Source: an uncultured Candidatus Saccharibacteria bacterium
GTDB taxonomy: Bacteria > Patescibacteriota > Minisyncoccia > UBA6257 > 1-14-0-10-40-38
Direction: 5' to 3'
Assembly (NCBI GenBank): GCA_964543265.1
Contig: CAZIWN010000002.1
Coordinates: forward strand, 29,554-93,553
DNA length: 64,000 nt
Shown piece after piece: positions 52,491 through 61,725 of the stretch. A program made the translations under genes and the position numbers. Numbering within the stretch: position 1 is the stretch's first letter; every line of letters begins with the position of its first letter. The notes under the pieces are model-generated. The model ran no database searches and was not told the DNA's origin. It saw only the letters and a list, made by a program, of their open reading frames with translations.

Positions 52491-52772
52491 GTATGTGACT
52501 TAAAAAAAATTATTGATTTTATTTTATAATTACTAACTTTTAGGATGACTCTTGTGATGCTCGACCAAAAAGTCTTCCATTTTCAGGAAAAGCCGGTAAC
52601 GTCAGAGACCGACCAAGGGCTCTTAACGCCAAGCTTCTTTTAACAAAAAAATCTCGCTCTTTGTGTGAAGCGAGACTGCGAGAAAAAAACAACAAGCCCC
52701 TTAGGGTATGAATATACCGCAAAAAGCCTGTAAAATAACGTTCCTCGCCTAGCCTCACACTAAGCAAAACAT

Positions 52773-52801
52773 ATTATATCAGGTACCCCGATATATTTCA
52801 A
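52773..52801 (-). promoter_or_regulatory. promoter of the S-layer-like gene
   Basis: TTGAAA (52801-796), 17 nt spacer, TATAAT (52778-73); predicts a ~275-nt leader. Confidence 0.75.
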
Positions 52802-52823
52802 ATGTACAATCAATCCCTTAATC

Positions 52824-52843
52824 TGTGGACAATCTGTGCATAA
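52824..52843 (-). promoter_or_regulatory. two tandem DnaA-box-like sites
   Basis: Minus strand TTATGCACA-GA-TTGTCCACA versus consensus TTATNCACA. Confidence 0.55.
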
Positions 52844-52878
52844 TGCTTATTTATTCAATAAACAAACGATATTAACAG

Positions 52879-53655
52879 TTGCCTTAAATATACAACGACT
52901 ATACGGTTCAAGTATTACGAACCCACAAAAACGAGCCACTTATAACAAATCAATATATTCCCCTATATATTTCTAACCCTATAAAAACTAGCCGGACCAG
53001 AACCAACTCTTTCAAGGCGACCCTCGGCACATGCCCTAGTTAAATCATATCTCAAAGTTCTTTCGCTAATATTTGGAAAGAGAGTGATTAAATCCTTTAA
53101 TTGAGCCGGCTTATCCATTTGCCTTATTTTATCTATTATAGAGGTTTGCCTTATTGCCGTATTGTCATTTGCCGCATTAAAACCATTATTAGAATCTAAT
53201 TGTTCATTAGCGGATAAATTTAAGGATTCGGCAATAACATCGCTCTTTGCCTTATTATTAGTTTTATTATCCTTCTTAAAGTTTGCCGTATTTTTATGAA
53301 TTTGATCATTGAGACCAAGATAATTACCATCAGAACTTAAACCGGTAACCATTCCCCTAGAAACATCATCCAATAAAGAAGATAATTCCTTTTTAACTAT
53401 TAACGCGTTTAATGGCTCTATTTCATAGATTATTTTACCGAAATCAACCAATCCAATAGCTAAATTAATAGACTCTATAACCTCTTCTCTCTTATTTAAG
53501 ATAACCCTTTCTAGCAAATCTAAAGACAATCTCTCTAATCTAGCCCTAAAATCATGCCTCCTTGAAGATACGGCAATTTGTATAAGTGCCAAGCTTATTT
53601 TTTTAACCCTCTCTTGTAGCTCCATTTGCCTTATATTCTATAAAAAATAAGGCAA
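52879..53655. repeat. dispersed and tandem 9-bp motif array TTGCC(T/G)(T/C/A)A(T/A)
   Basis: Plus copies start at 52879, 53119, 53146, 53154, 53169, 53247, 53283, 53626; inverted copies at 53226, 53568, 53647. Confidence 0.8.
52963..53625 (-). CDS. putative DNA-binding protein: N-terminal helical bundle, low-complexity linker, C-terminal winged HTH
   Basis: C-terminal RQ..II..I......LKDL...FPNISERTLRYDL..AC.EG.LERVG.G..S.Y (DeoR/Fic-type wHTH pattern). Confidence 0.75.
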   Translation of the reverse strand: MELQERVKKISLALIQIAVSSRRHDFRARLERLSLDLLERVILNKREEVIESINLAIGLVDFGKIIYEIEPLNALIVKKELSSLLDDVSRGMVTGLSSDGNYLGLNDQIHKNTANFKKDNKTNNKAKSDVIAESLNLSANEQLDSNNGFNAANDNTAIRQTSIIDKIRQMDKPAQLKDLITLFPNISERTLRYDLTRACAEGRLERVGSGPASFYRVRNI

Positions 53656-53681
53656 TTAAATCAAGTCTCGTAATAATATTT

Positions 53682-54407
53682 TTAAAGTAAAAGCAATGCC
53701 AACACAAAAGCTGCTAAAGCGAAAAAAGATATAGTCACACCCCTAACATCAACTCTTTCCCTAAAAACCAAAAAGAAGCTAGAAATAATAGTTACTAAGC
53801 TCAAAAAATAAGCCACAGATTCTCCGCTAGAAAAAATTAACCTAGAAATGAAAAACGACTCTGAAACTATAAGAGCTAAAACAGAAGACTTCAAAAAGCT
53901 ATTTTTCAAAGGGGCCAATCCCCCATCTTCACCGTAACTAACACTCATAGACCCAACAAACAAAAACATTACAAATAAAAATAATAAAGGTAATAAAAAA
54001 ATCATCTCTATGCCTCTAAATGAATTAAATTCAAAAAAAGCATAGAAAAATATGAAATTAGCCAAAACATAGTTCCACTCCCTTTTTCTCACAAAATAAT
54101 TATTTCTTAAACCTAAAGATATAAAGAAAACCACAGAGGCAGAAAATGAGGATATTAAAAAGTCTAAGCCACTAAAATTAAAAGCTGAAAAAAAACTCAA
54201 TATTAAAGAATATAGAAAAGGAAAAAAGAATTGAAAAAATCTCTTAGATTCAAAGCCATACAAAGCAAAACCCATTAAAACAATCAAAAATTGAAGGAAA
54301 AAAGACCCTCCGCTTAAATGAAGTAAAAATATGGATAGAAAAAATATCAGAGACCTAACGACTAATTGAAATAGCCGAGCCTGAGTAAGAGATTTTAAGT
54401 TTGTCAC
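53682..54407 (-). CDS. polytopic membrane protein of unknown function (start uncertain; overlaps the clpB end)
   Basis: About 8 hydrophobic segments; Phe-rich. Confidence 0.65.
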   Translation of the reverse strand: MTNLKSLTQARLFQLVVRSLIFFLSIFLLHLSGGSFFLQFLIVLMGFALYGFESKRFFQFFFPFLYSLILSFFSAFNFSGLDFLISSFSASVVFFISLGLRNNYFVRKREWNYVLANFIFFYAFFEFNSFRGIEMIFLLPLLFLFVMFLFVGSMSVSYGEDGGLAPLKNSFLKSSVLALIVSESFFISRLIFSSGESVAYFLSLVTIISSFFLVFRERVDVRGVTISFFALAAFVLALLLL

Positions 54408-57000
54408 CGTTTTTTATTTCACCCTTTAACATTTTGTCCGACAATTGGTTTAATATTGTTTTTTCAACAAATCTTTTAATAGGCCTTGCTCCATAGTCTG
54501 GATCAAAACCATTATCAACTAGATATTTTTTTGTATTGGCATCAAAAGCAACCTTTATATTCTTAGCCTCTAGCTTTTTTCTGACTATCTCCAACTGCAA
54601 ATCAACGATCTTTTCTATAACAGACCTACTTAAAGGATTAAATATAATTATTTCATCTAATCTATTTAAAAATTCTGGCCTGAAATTATCTTTTAATTCA
54701 GCAGATACCTTATTTTTAAAGTCGGATTCCTTTTCAGATCTATCTTTTTCAGCATTATTACCACTCCCCTCAAATCCAATCTTAGATATTTCTCTAAAGT
54801 AAAAACTACCGACATTAGATGTCATTATTATTATAGTGTTTTTAAAATTTACAGTTTTTCCCTTTGAATCAGTCAACCTTCCGTTATCTAAAACTTGTAG
54901 CAATAAATTCAAAACCTCTGGATGAGCTTTTTCAATTTCATCGAACAATATCAAATTATATGGCCTATGCCTTATAGCTTCGGTAAGTTGTCCACCATCT
55001 TCATGTCCGACATAGCCAGGAGGAGATCCAACCAAGCGAGAAACCGAATGCTTCTCCATATATTCCGACATATCAACCCTAATCATGGCCCTTTCATCAT
55101 TAAACATAAATTCAGCCAAAGCCCTGGCTAATTCAGTTTTTCCAACTCCAGTCGGACCAAGAAAGATAAAAGATCCCATCGGCCTATTTTCATCAGACAA
55201 TCCAGCCCTAGAACGCCTAAGAGCGCTAGATATTGATTTTATAGCATCATCCTGGCCAATAACTCTAGAACCTAAAACTTCTTCTATCTTTGATAATTTC
55301 TGAGATTCTGTTTCAAGCATCCTAGAAACCGGTATTCCAGTCCAACGACTTACAACTCCAGCAACATCCTCCTCATCAACCATCTCTTTTATAAAACTCT
55401 TGTCCTCGTTCTTTTTCTTAGATGTTTTTTTGCTAAAATTTTTCTTTTCGTAAGCCTGATACTCTTTTTCCGCCTGAGGTAAATTTCCATAGAGTATTTC
55501 AGCTACTTTTTCCAAATTTCCAGATCTTTCCGCAACTTCAGCCTCTCTTTTAAGATTTTCTATTCTCCTTCTTAAGTTATGTAAATTTTCAAAAATCATT
55601 TTCTCTGCATGCCAAGAAGCCGATAGCTCGTCATTTCTATCTTTTAATCCAGATATTAATTTTTCTATTTCTTTAACTCTTTCCTTGCCGGAAGATTCTT
55701 TAGATAGTGCCGATTTTTCTATCTCCAGCCTAGTGACTTCTTTTCTTACCTTCTCTATCTCTGAAGGCAAACTTTCAGACTCTAATTTTCTTGCAGCCGC
55801 TGCTTCATCTATTAAATCCACTGCTTTATCTGGTAAAAATCTATCCGTTATATATCTAGAAGATAAATTTACAGCGGAAATCAAGGCTTCATCGCTAATT
55901 CTAAGCCCATGGTGTATTTCATATTTTTCTTTCAATCCCCTCAAAATCGAAACCGCGTCTTCATAACTTGGCTCGTCAACTACTATTGGCTGAAATCTTC
56001 TCTCTAGTGCTGGATCTTTTTCTATATGTCTTTGATATTCTCTAGTGGTTGTTGCTCCAATTGCATGAAGCTCTCCCCTAGCAAGTGGCGGTTTTAATAA
56101 ATTTGAAGCATCAAGCGCTCCCTCGGCTGCTCCAGCCCCCACAATCATATGAATCTCATCTATAAATAAAATAAGTCTTCCTTGAGAATTTTGTATCTCT
56201 TTTATAAAAGCCTTTAATCTATCCTCAAATTCTCCTCTAAATTTAGTTCCGGCTATCAAGCTTCCTAAATCAAGCATAATAATCTCTTTATTTTTAAGAG
56301 TTTCTGGAACATTTCCTTCGATGATTCTTTGCGCCAATCCTTCAACTATAGCTGTTTTACCAACCCCAGGCTCTCCTATTAAGACTGGATTATTTTTTGT
56401 TCTTCTTGAAAGAACCTGTATCAATCTTCTCAATTCCTCCTCCCTGCCTATTACCGGATCAAGCTTACCCTGCTTAGCTCTTTCGGTTAAATTTATGGCA
56501 TATTTTTCCAAAACTTGAAATTTTGCCTCCGGAGTTTCGTCCGTTATCCTCATGGAACCTCTAAGTTGAGCCAAAATTCTTAGTACCTGCTCTCTTTTTA
56601 AAGAAAATTCCTCTAAAACAGTTTTTGCCTGAGATGGAGTTTCTAATATTGCCAATAATAAATGTTCGCAAGAAATAAACTCATCCTTTTGAGAAGCTGC
56701 AACCTTAGCCGCCTTATCTAAAACCTGCATCAACTCTTGAGAAAGATAAAGCTGCCCGATAGATGATGCGGCAAATATTTTTGGAAGCTTTAAAAGCTCA
56801 TCTTCAATCACCTTATATAAGGAATCGATATTAACTCCAGCTTTAACTAAAACAGGTTTAACTAAAGATTGTTCATCCGAAATCAAGCTTAATAGAAGAT
56901 GTAGCGCCTTAAACTCTCCATGATTTCTTTGTGCGGCTAAATCCTGTGCATTTTGAAGAGCTTCTTGCGCTTTTATTGTAAATTTATTGAAATTTCTCAT
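54355..57000 (-). CDS. clpB: ATP-dependent chaperone ClpB
   Basis: Two AAA+ modules (GEPGVGKT, GPTGVGKT), long coiled-coil M domain, SRLVGSPPGYVG. Confidence 0.95.
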   Translation of the reverse strand: MRNFNKFTIKAQEALQNAQDLAAQRNHGEFKALHLLLSLISDEQSLVKPVLVKAGVNIDSLYKVIEDELLKLPKIFAASSIGQLYLSQELMQVLDKAAKVAASQKDEFISCEHLLLAILETPSQAKTVLEEFSLKREQVLRILAQLRGSMRITDETPEAKFQVLEKYAINLTERAKQGKLDPVIGREEELRRLIQVLSRRTKNNPVLIGEPGVGKTAIVEGLAQRIIEGNVPETLKNKEIIMLDLGSLIAGTKFRGEFEDRLKAFIKEIQNSQGRLILFIDEIHMIVGAGAAEGALDASNLLKPPLARGELHAIGATTTREYQRHIEKDPALERRFQPIVVDEPSYEDAVSILRGLKEKYEIHHGLRISDEALISAVNLSSRYITDRFLPDKAVDLIDEAAAARKLESESLPSEIEKVRKEVTRLEIEKSALSKESSGKERVKEIEKLISGLKDRNDELSASWHAEKMIFENLHNLRRRIENLKREAEVAERSGNLEKVAEILYGNLPQAEKEYQAYEKKNFSKKTSKKKNEDKSFIKEMVDEEDVAGVVSRWTGIPVSRMLETESQKLSKIEEVLGSRVIGQDDAIKSISSALRRSRAGLSDENRPMGSFIFLGPTGVGKTELARALAEFMFNDERAMIRVDMSEYMEKHSVSRLVGSPPGYVGHEDGGQLTEAIRHRPYNLILFDEIEKAHPEVLNLLLQVLDNGRLTDSKGKTVNFKNTIIIMTSNVGSFYFREISKIGFEGSGNNAEKDRSEKESDFKNKVSAELKDNFRPEFLNRLDEIIIFNPLSRSVIEKIVDLQLEIVRKKLEAKNIKVAFDANTKKYLVDNGFDPDYGARPIKRFVEKTILNQLSDKMLKGEIKNGDKLKISYSGSAISISR

Positions 57001-57016
57001 TTTTATATATGAGCTA

Positions 57017-57054
57017 ATTATCGGCGATTAGCACTCCAAAGTCAAGATTGCTAA
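57017..57054 (-). promoter_or_regulatory. CIRCE element (HrcA operator) overlapping the clpB promoter
   Basis: TTAGCACTC-N9-GATTGCTAA at 57028-57054 (1 mismatch to consensus); minus strand TTGACT, 17 nt spacer, GATAAT promoter overlapping it. Confidence 0.9.
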
Positions 57055-57079
57055 TAATCAATATTCACATACCTAAAAT

Positions 57080-57113
57080 AAAAAAATCCCCGCACACAAT
57101 GCGAGGATTTTTT
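57080..57113 (-). terminator. terminator after hppA
   Basis: AAAAAATCCCCGCA-CACAA-TGCGAGGATTTTT. Confidence 0.7.
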
Positions 57114-57129
57114 AATTTTCAAGTTATAA

Positions 57130-57237
57130 CTTTAAATTTAAAACGGGCAGATACGAGGCGTTTCGAGGAAGTTGCATCAGAGCCATGCGGATACTACGAC
57201 GAGAAACAACAAAGTAGCTGACGTTTTAAATTTAAAG
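57130..57237. repeat. 108-bp element bounded by perfect 16-bp inverted repeats (MITE-like or structured RNA)
   Basis: CTTTAAATTTAAAACG (57130-45) / CGTTTTAAATTTAAAG (57222-37) around a GC-richer structured core. Confidence 0.6.
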
Positions 57238-59199
57238 AATGAAGGGAATAATTAGAAGGGCTACTATATTGATAACCTTTATTAAAGGATTGATTGCAGG
57301 TCCAGCCGTATCCTTATAAGGATCTCCCACAGTATCTCCTGTTACAGCCGCTTTATGCCAATCAGTTCCCTTTCCGCCCTGGCTCTCAATATATTTTTTA
57401 GCATTGTCCCAAGCAGCTCCACCGGTTGTCATAGAAATCCCGAGGAATAATCCCGAAACCATGCTTCCGATCAAGAATCCCGCTAAAGCTTCTGCGCCAA
57501 GCAAAAATCCAACCAACAAAACAAATATTATTGGAACAATAGCAGGCATCATCATCTTTTTTAATGCAGCCTTAGTCACGATATCAACAGCAGCTCCATA
57601 ATCTGGTTTTCCGGTCCCCTCCATTATTCCCTTTATTTCTCTAAATTGTCTCCTTACTTCTTCCACCACAGCCGAAGCAGCCAAACCAACCGCCTTCATG
57701 GCATATGAAGAAAATAAAAATGGAATAGTTCCCCCTAAAATGAGTCCGATTAAAACTTGTGGATTATCCAATCCTAAACCCAAATCAGGGATAGTCTTGT
57801 AAGCCTCAGCTGTATAAACAGAGAATAATGCTAAGGCACCCAATCCAGCAGAAGCTATTGCATAACCCTTTGTCACAGCTTTTGTAGTGTTTCCAACAGC
57901 ATCTAATGCGTCTGTAATTTTTCTAACTTCAGCTGGAGCTCCGGCCATTTCAGCAATTCCCCCAGCATTGTCAGTAATTGGTCCAAAAGAGTCTATTGCA
58001 ATAACCATTCCAGCCACAGACAACATCGAAACCGTAGCTATAGCAATTCCGATAAGACCATAAATCCAATAGCTGAAAAAGATTCCGGCTACAATCACTA
58101 AAATAGGTAAAAATACAGATTCCTGACTAACAGACAAACCCATAATCACGTTTGTTCCATGACCAGACTTTGAAGCTTCGGCAATAGATTTTACTGGTCT
58201 GAATTTTTTAGCTGTATAGTAATCTGTTATTAAAACCATAAGAACAGTTACGATGAGACCGACCACTGAACTCCAAAATATCATCATGCCTTCACCGCCA
58301 TCAAAATCTTTAAAAGCTAAATAAAAGAAAATTAAAGCAAATATTATTGTCGCCGCAAAACCTTTATAAAGGGCGCCCATTATATTTTCAGATTTTCCAA
58401 GCTTAACAAAGAAAGATCCTAAAATTGATGAAACTATTGCTAATCCGCCAATTATAAGAGGAACAAAAACTGCTGTTCCAACTCCACCGGTAACTGCAGC
58501 TATTAAAAGCATGGCCGCAGAAAGAGTGACTGCATAAGTTTCGAACAAGTCAGCCGCCATTCCAGCACAATCTCCAACATTATCTCCAACGTTATCAGCA
58601 ATAACGGCTGGATTCCTTGGATCATCTTCTGGAATATCCTTCTCAACCTTTCCAACCAAATCAGCTCCAACATCTGCCGCCTTGGTATAAATTCCCCCTC
58701 CTAATCTTGCGAATATCGAAATTAAACTAGCTCCAAATCCTAAACCTACCAACGCATTGATATCTTTTGTTATATAAACAAATCCCGCCACAGCTAGAAG
58801 TCCGAGTGCTACAACTAAAAATCCAGTCACAGATCCGGCCTTAAAAGCTAGAGAAAGAGCCGCCCCCATTCCCTTCTCAGCAGCCTTTGCGGTTTTTGAA
58901 TTAGATTTTACAGCCACCTTCATTCCGAGATATCCAGCTAAAGCAGATGCTCCTCCTCCAATTAAAAATCCTATAGCCATAACAGAACCCAAATATGCAT
59001 AAATCAAAACTCCCAAGACAATGGCTACGATTCCAATAGTTTTATATTGCCTCTTTAAATAAGCAGAAGATCCTTCCTGTATAGCCCTGGAAATTTCTTC
59101 CATCTTATCTGTTCCCTTTGGTTGCCTCTTTAACCAAAAGCTAATATATCCACTCCACAAAACAGCTATTATTATCGGTCCGAATATTAGATATTCCAT
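57232..59199 (-). CDS. hppA: membrane H+-translocating pyrophosphatase, predicted K+-independent
   Basis: [37 protein letters not shown] (Lys at the K+-dependence position). Confidence 0.95.
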   Translation of the reverse strand: MEYLIFGPIIIAVLWSGYISFWLKRQPKGTDKMEEISRAIQEGSSAYLKRQYKTIGIVAIVLGVLIYAYLGSVMAIGFLIGGGASALAGYLGMKVAVKSNSKTAKAAEKGMGAALSLAFKAGSVTGFLVVALGLLAVAGFVYITKDINALVGLGFGASLISIFARLGGGIYTKAADVGADLVGKVEKDIPEDDPRNPAVIADNVGDNVGDCAGMAADLFETYAVTLSAAMLLIAAVTGGVGTAVFVPLIIGGLAIVSSILGSFFVKLGKSENIMGALYKGFAATIIFALIFFYLAFKDFDGGEGMMIFWSSVVGLIVTVLMVLITDYYTAKKFRPVKSIAEASKSGHGTNVIMGLSVSQESVFLPILVIVAGIFFSYWIYGLIGIAIATVSMLSVAGMVIAIDSFGPITDNAGGIAEMAGAPAEVRKITDALDAVGNTTKAVTKGYAIASAGLGALALFSVYTAEAYKTIPDLGLGLDNPQVLIGLILGGTIPFLFSSYAMKAVGLAASAVVEEVRRQFREIKGIMEGTGKPDYGAAVDIVTKAALKKMMMPAIVPIIFVLLVGFLLGAEALAGFLIGSMVSGLFLGISMTTGGAAWDNAKKYIESQGGKGTDWHKAAVTGDTVGDPYKDTAGPAINPLIKVINIVALLIIPFIL

Positions 59200-59222
59200 A
59201 TTTTATTTATTTAATAATGTTT

Positions 59223-60428
59223 TTAATTAGAATCATTTTCCTCCGATTTTTCCTTATTTTCAAGCTCAGCCTCATTTGAAGCAGCATCTGGTTCTCCATT
59301 AGCCTGAACCTCTTCTGGTTTAGCCTCGCTTCTCACGTCTATCTTCCAGCCAGTTAGCTTTGCCGCCAAACGGACATTTTGCCCTCCGCGACCGATAGCT
59401 AAACTAAGCTCATTATCAGCTATTACCACCTTCGCTTCCCTGTTGGGGAGTATCTCTATAGATTTTGGTTTAGCTGGTGACAAAGCATTCATTATTAATT
59501 TCGAAGGATCCTCCGACCATTCAATAATATCAATTTTTTCTTGTCCTAATTCCGAAGAGACAGCCATAACTCTTGCTCCACGCTGACCAACGCAAGCGCC
59601 AACCGGATCAAGGGCTTCCGATTTTGAGTAAACCGCCATTTTTGTTCTACTTCCCTCTTCTCTAGCAATCGCCCTAATCTCAACAGTTCCATCATTAATT
59701 TCTGGAACTTCTAAAGCAAATAATTTACTAACAAATTTAGGATGACTTCTAGATAGTATTATTCCAGGACCTCTTCCATCGGTATTAATGGTTAACACTA
59801 AAAATTTAAATCTATCTCCCACATTATATCTTTCAAATCTAATACCTTCTCCAGGAAACATAACCCCTATTGCCCTCCCTAAATCGACATAAACATTTCC
59901 TCTTTCAATTCTTTGGATTGTTCCAGAAACAATTTCCCCCTCTCTATTTTTAAATTCAGAAGTTATAGATTCTCTTTCCGCGTCTCTGATTTTCTGTAAA
60001 ATAACTTGCTTTGCTGTTTGCGCAGCAATTCTTCCAAAGTCATCCATGGTTTCAAGAGGAAATTCCAATTCCTCACCCAATTCTACTGTTTTTTTAATCT
60101 TTTTAGCCTCATCTAAGAATATGTGCTTATCGGAATTATACTTAGGCAAAATTGTTCCATCTAATGGATCCGCATCAATCATTTCCTCTTCTCCTTCTTT
60201 CGGAATTCTAACAGTTGTTTCATCAACAACTATTTTAATTTGAGCAAATTTAAGATCGCCTGACTTTAAATCAAATTTTGCTTTAATAATTTCACCCTTC
60301 TTGTCGTATTCTTTTTTATAAGCAGCAGCAATAGACTGCTCTATAGCTTCTAATATTTTTTTAGCATCTATACCCTTCTCTTGAGCAAGTTGCTCAATCG
60401 CTCTCCTTAAATTTTTTAAATCTATCAT
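59223..60428 (-). CDS. nusA: transcription factor NusA (start re-assigned to ATG 60428)
   Basis: FGRIAAQTAKQVI.QKIR, S1 domain, ALEVPEI, DPVGACVGQRG, SLAIGRGGQNVRLAAKLTGWKID. Confidence 0.96.
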   Translation of the reverse strand: MIDLKNLRRAIEQLAQEKGIDAKKILEAIEQSIAAAYKKEYDKKGEIIKAKFDLKSGDLKFAQIKIVVDETTVRIPKEGEEEMIDADPLDGTILPKYNSDKHIFLDEAKKIKKTVELGEELEFPLETMDDFGRIAAQTAKQVILQKIRDAERESITSEFKNREGEIVSGTIQRIERGNVYVDLGRAIGVMFPGEGIRFERYNVGDRFKFLVLTINTDGRGPGIILSRSHPKFVSKLFALEVPEINDGTVEIRAIAREEGSRTKMAVYSKSEALDPVGACVGQRGARVMAVSSELGQEKIDIIEWSEDPSKLIMNALSPAKPKSIEILPNREAKVVIADNELSLAIGRGGQNVRLAAKLTGWKIDVRSEAKPEEVQANGEPDAASNEAELENKEKSEENDSN

Positions 60429-60455
60429 CTTATTTTTTAAAACCAACTCTAATGA

Positions 60456-60590
60456 TTTTAATTTTGTTTTTCTGAAGCCCCCGCAGTCTGTTTTGCTTGG
60501 ATTCCGCTTTAGCGGAAAAAAACTGACGAGGACTGAGTAAATTTTTCCGCAGGAGAAAAATTTACAGGCTAAAGAAAAACAAAATTAAAA
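60456..60590. repeat. 135-bp structured element bounded by perfect 18-bp inverted repeats in the nusA leader
   Basis: TTTTAATTTTGTTTTTCT (60456-73) / AGAAAAACAAAATTAAAA (60573-90), with internal hairpins. Confidence 0.65.
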
Positions 60591-60591
60591 T

Positions 60592-60617
60592 TTTAGCCAC
60601 CTCGACGGGTGGCTAAA
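60592..60617 (-). terminator. hairpin between recA and nusA (recA terminator or nusA attenuator)
   Basis: Minus strand TTTAGCCACC-CGTCGA-GGTGGCTAAA followed by an interrupted U tract. Confidence 0.6.
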
Positions 60618-60648
60618 CAGCTTCAAACTTACTTCAATAATACCAATC

Positions 60649-61713
60649 TTATTCCTCTTGGTCAATAGAGGCCATGGGATTGGAATTTGCTGCCTCTTTC
60701 GTGACTTTTTCAAGTTCAGCTAGCATCTTTTTATCTTCTGCAAGCTTATTTTTTGCAGCCTCCATTCCAACTCCAACCTTTTCTCCCTTAAAAGAATAAG
60801 TCATTCCACTCTTAGTCACTACACCATATTTTATAGCTGCATTTAGAACGTCTGATTCATAAGATATTCCCGAACCATAAGAAACATCAAATTCAGCAAC
60901 TCTAAACGGTGGCGCAACCTTATTTTTTACAACCTTAGCCTTTACCCTATTTCCAATAATTTCATCACCCTTTTTTATTTGAGCAGTCTTTCTTATATCG
61001 ATTCTAACTGAAGAGTAAAATCTTAATGCTCTTCCTCCGGGAGTTGTCTCTGGATTACCAAACATAACTCCGATTTGCATTCTTATTTGATTTATAAAAA
61101 TAATTAAAGTATTAGATTTTGAAGATATTGCAGTTAACTTTCTTAAAGCCTGGCTCATTAACCTAGCCTGTAATCCTATAAATTGAGCCCCCATTTCGCC
61201 CTCTATCTCTGCCTTAGGAGTTAAAGCAGCCACAGAATCAACCACCACCACATCGATTATTTCGCTTCTAACTAAACTCTCTAAAATATTTAAAGCCTCC
61301 TCTCCATTATCTGGTTGAGAAATTAAAAGCTCTCTCGTCTTAACGCCAAGCTTCTCAGCATAATCAGGATCAAGTGCGTGCTCCGCATCTATAAATGCTG
61401 CCTTTCCACCCATTTTCTGAGCTTGAGCAACTACATTTAGGGCCAAGGTTGTTTTTCCAGAACTCTCTGGACCAAAAACTTCAACAATCCTACCCTTAGG
61501 AAATCCGCCCACACCCAGCGCAAGATCTAAAGAAAAAGATCCGCTAGGAATAGCCTCAACGTTCATTTTTTTAGTATCCCCAAGCTTCATTATTGATCCT
61601 TCTCCAAATTTATCCTGTAAAGCTTCTAGTAATTTATCAACATCTTTAAATTGTCCTTCGGCTCTTTTTTCCTCTTTAGTTTTCTCTGCCTCCTTATTTT
61701 TTTTAAATGCCAT
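60649..61713 (-). CDS. recA: recombinase RecA
   Basis: [49 protein letters not shown]. Confidence 0.99.
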   Translation of the reverse strand: MAFKKNKEAEKTKEEKRAEGQFKDVDKLLEALQDKFGEGSIMKLGDTKKMNVEAIPSGSFSLDLALGVGGFPKGRIVEVFGPESSGKTTLALNVVAQAQKMGGKAAFIDAEHALDPDYAEKLGVKTRELLISQPDNGEEALNILESLVRSEIIDVVVVDSVAALTPKAEIEGEMGAQFIGLQARLMSQALRKLTAISSKSNTLIIFINQIRMQIGVMFGNPETTPGGRALRFYSSVRIDIRKTAQIKKGDEIIGNRVKAKVVKNKVAPPFRVAEFDVSYGSGISYESDVLNAAIKYGVVTKSGMTYSFKGEKVGVGMEAAKNKLAEDKKMLAELEKVTKEAANSNPMASIDQEE

Positions 61714-61725
61714 ATTTATAATTAA

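Noticed and set aside
52800-53660. Chromosomal origin (DnaA boxes plus iteron-like array)
   Set aside because: Gene orientation stays minus-strand on both sides, dnaA/dnaN are not nearby, and only two boxes are present. Kept as a regulatory hypothesis; a cumulative GC-skew plot would settle it.
60429-60446. Upstream TTG start of nusA in the ORF track
   Set aside because: The ATG at 60428 (MIDLKNL) matches the usual NusA N-terminus better.
60522-60580. CTGACGAG as a possible hammerhead ribozyme core
   Set aside because: I could not build stem II closing onto GAAA or the other hammerhead stems.
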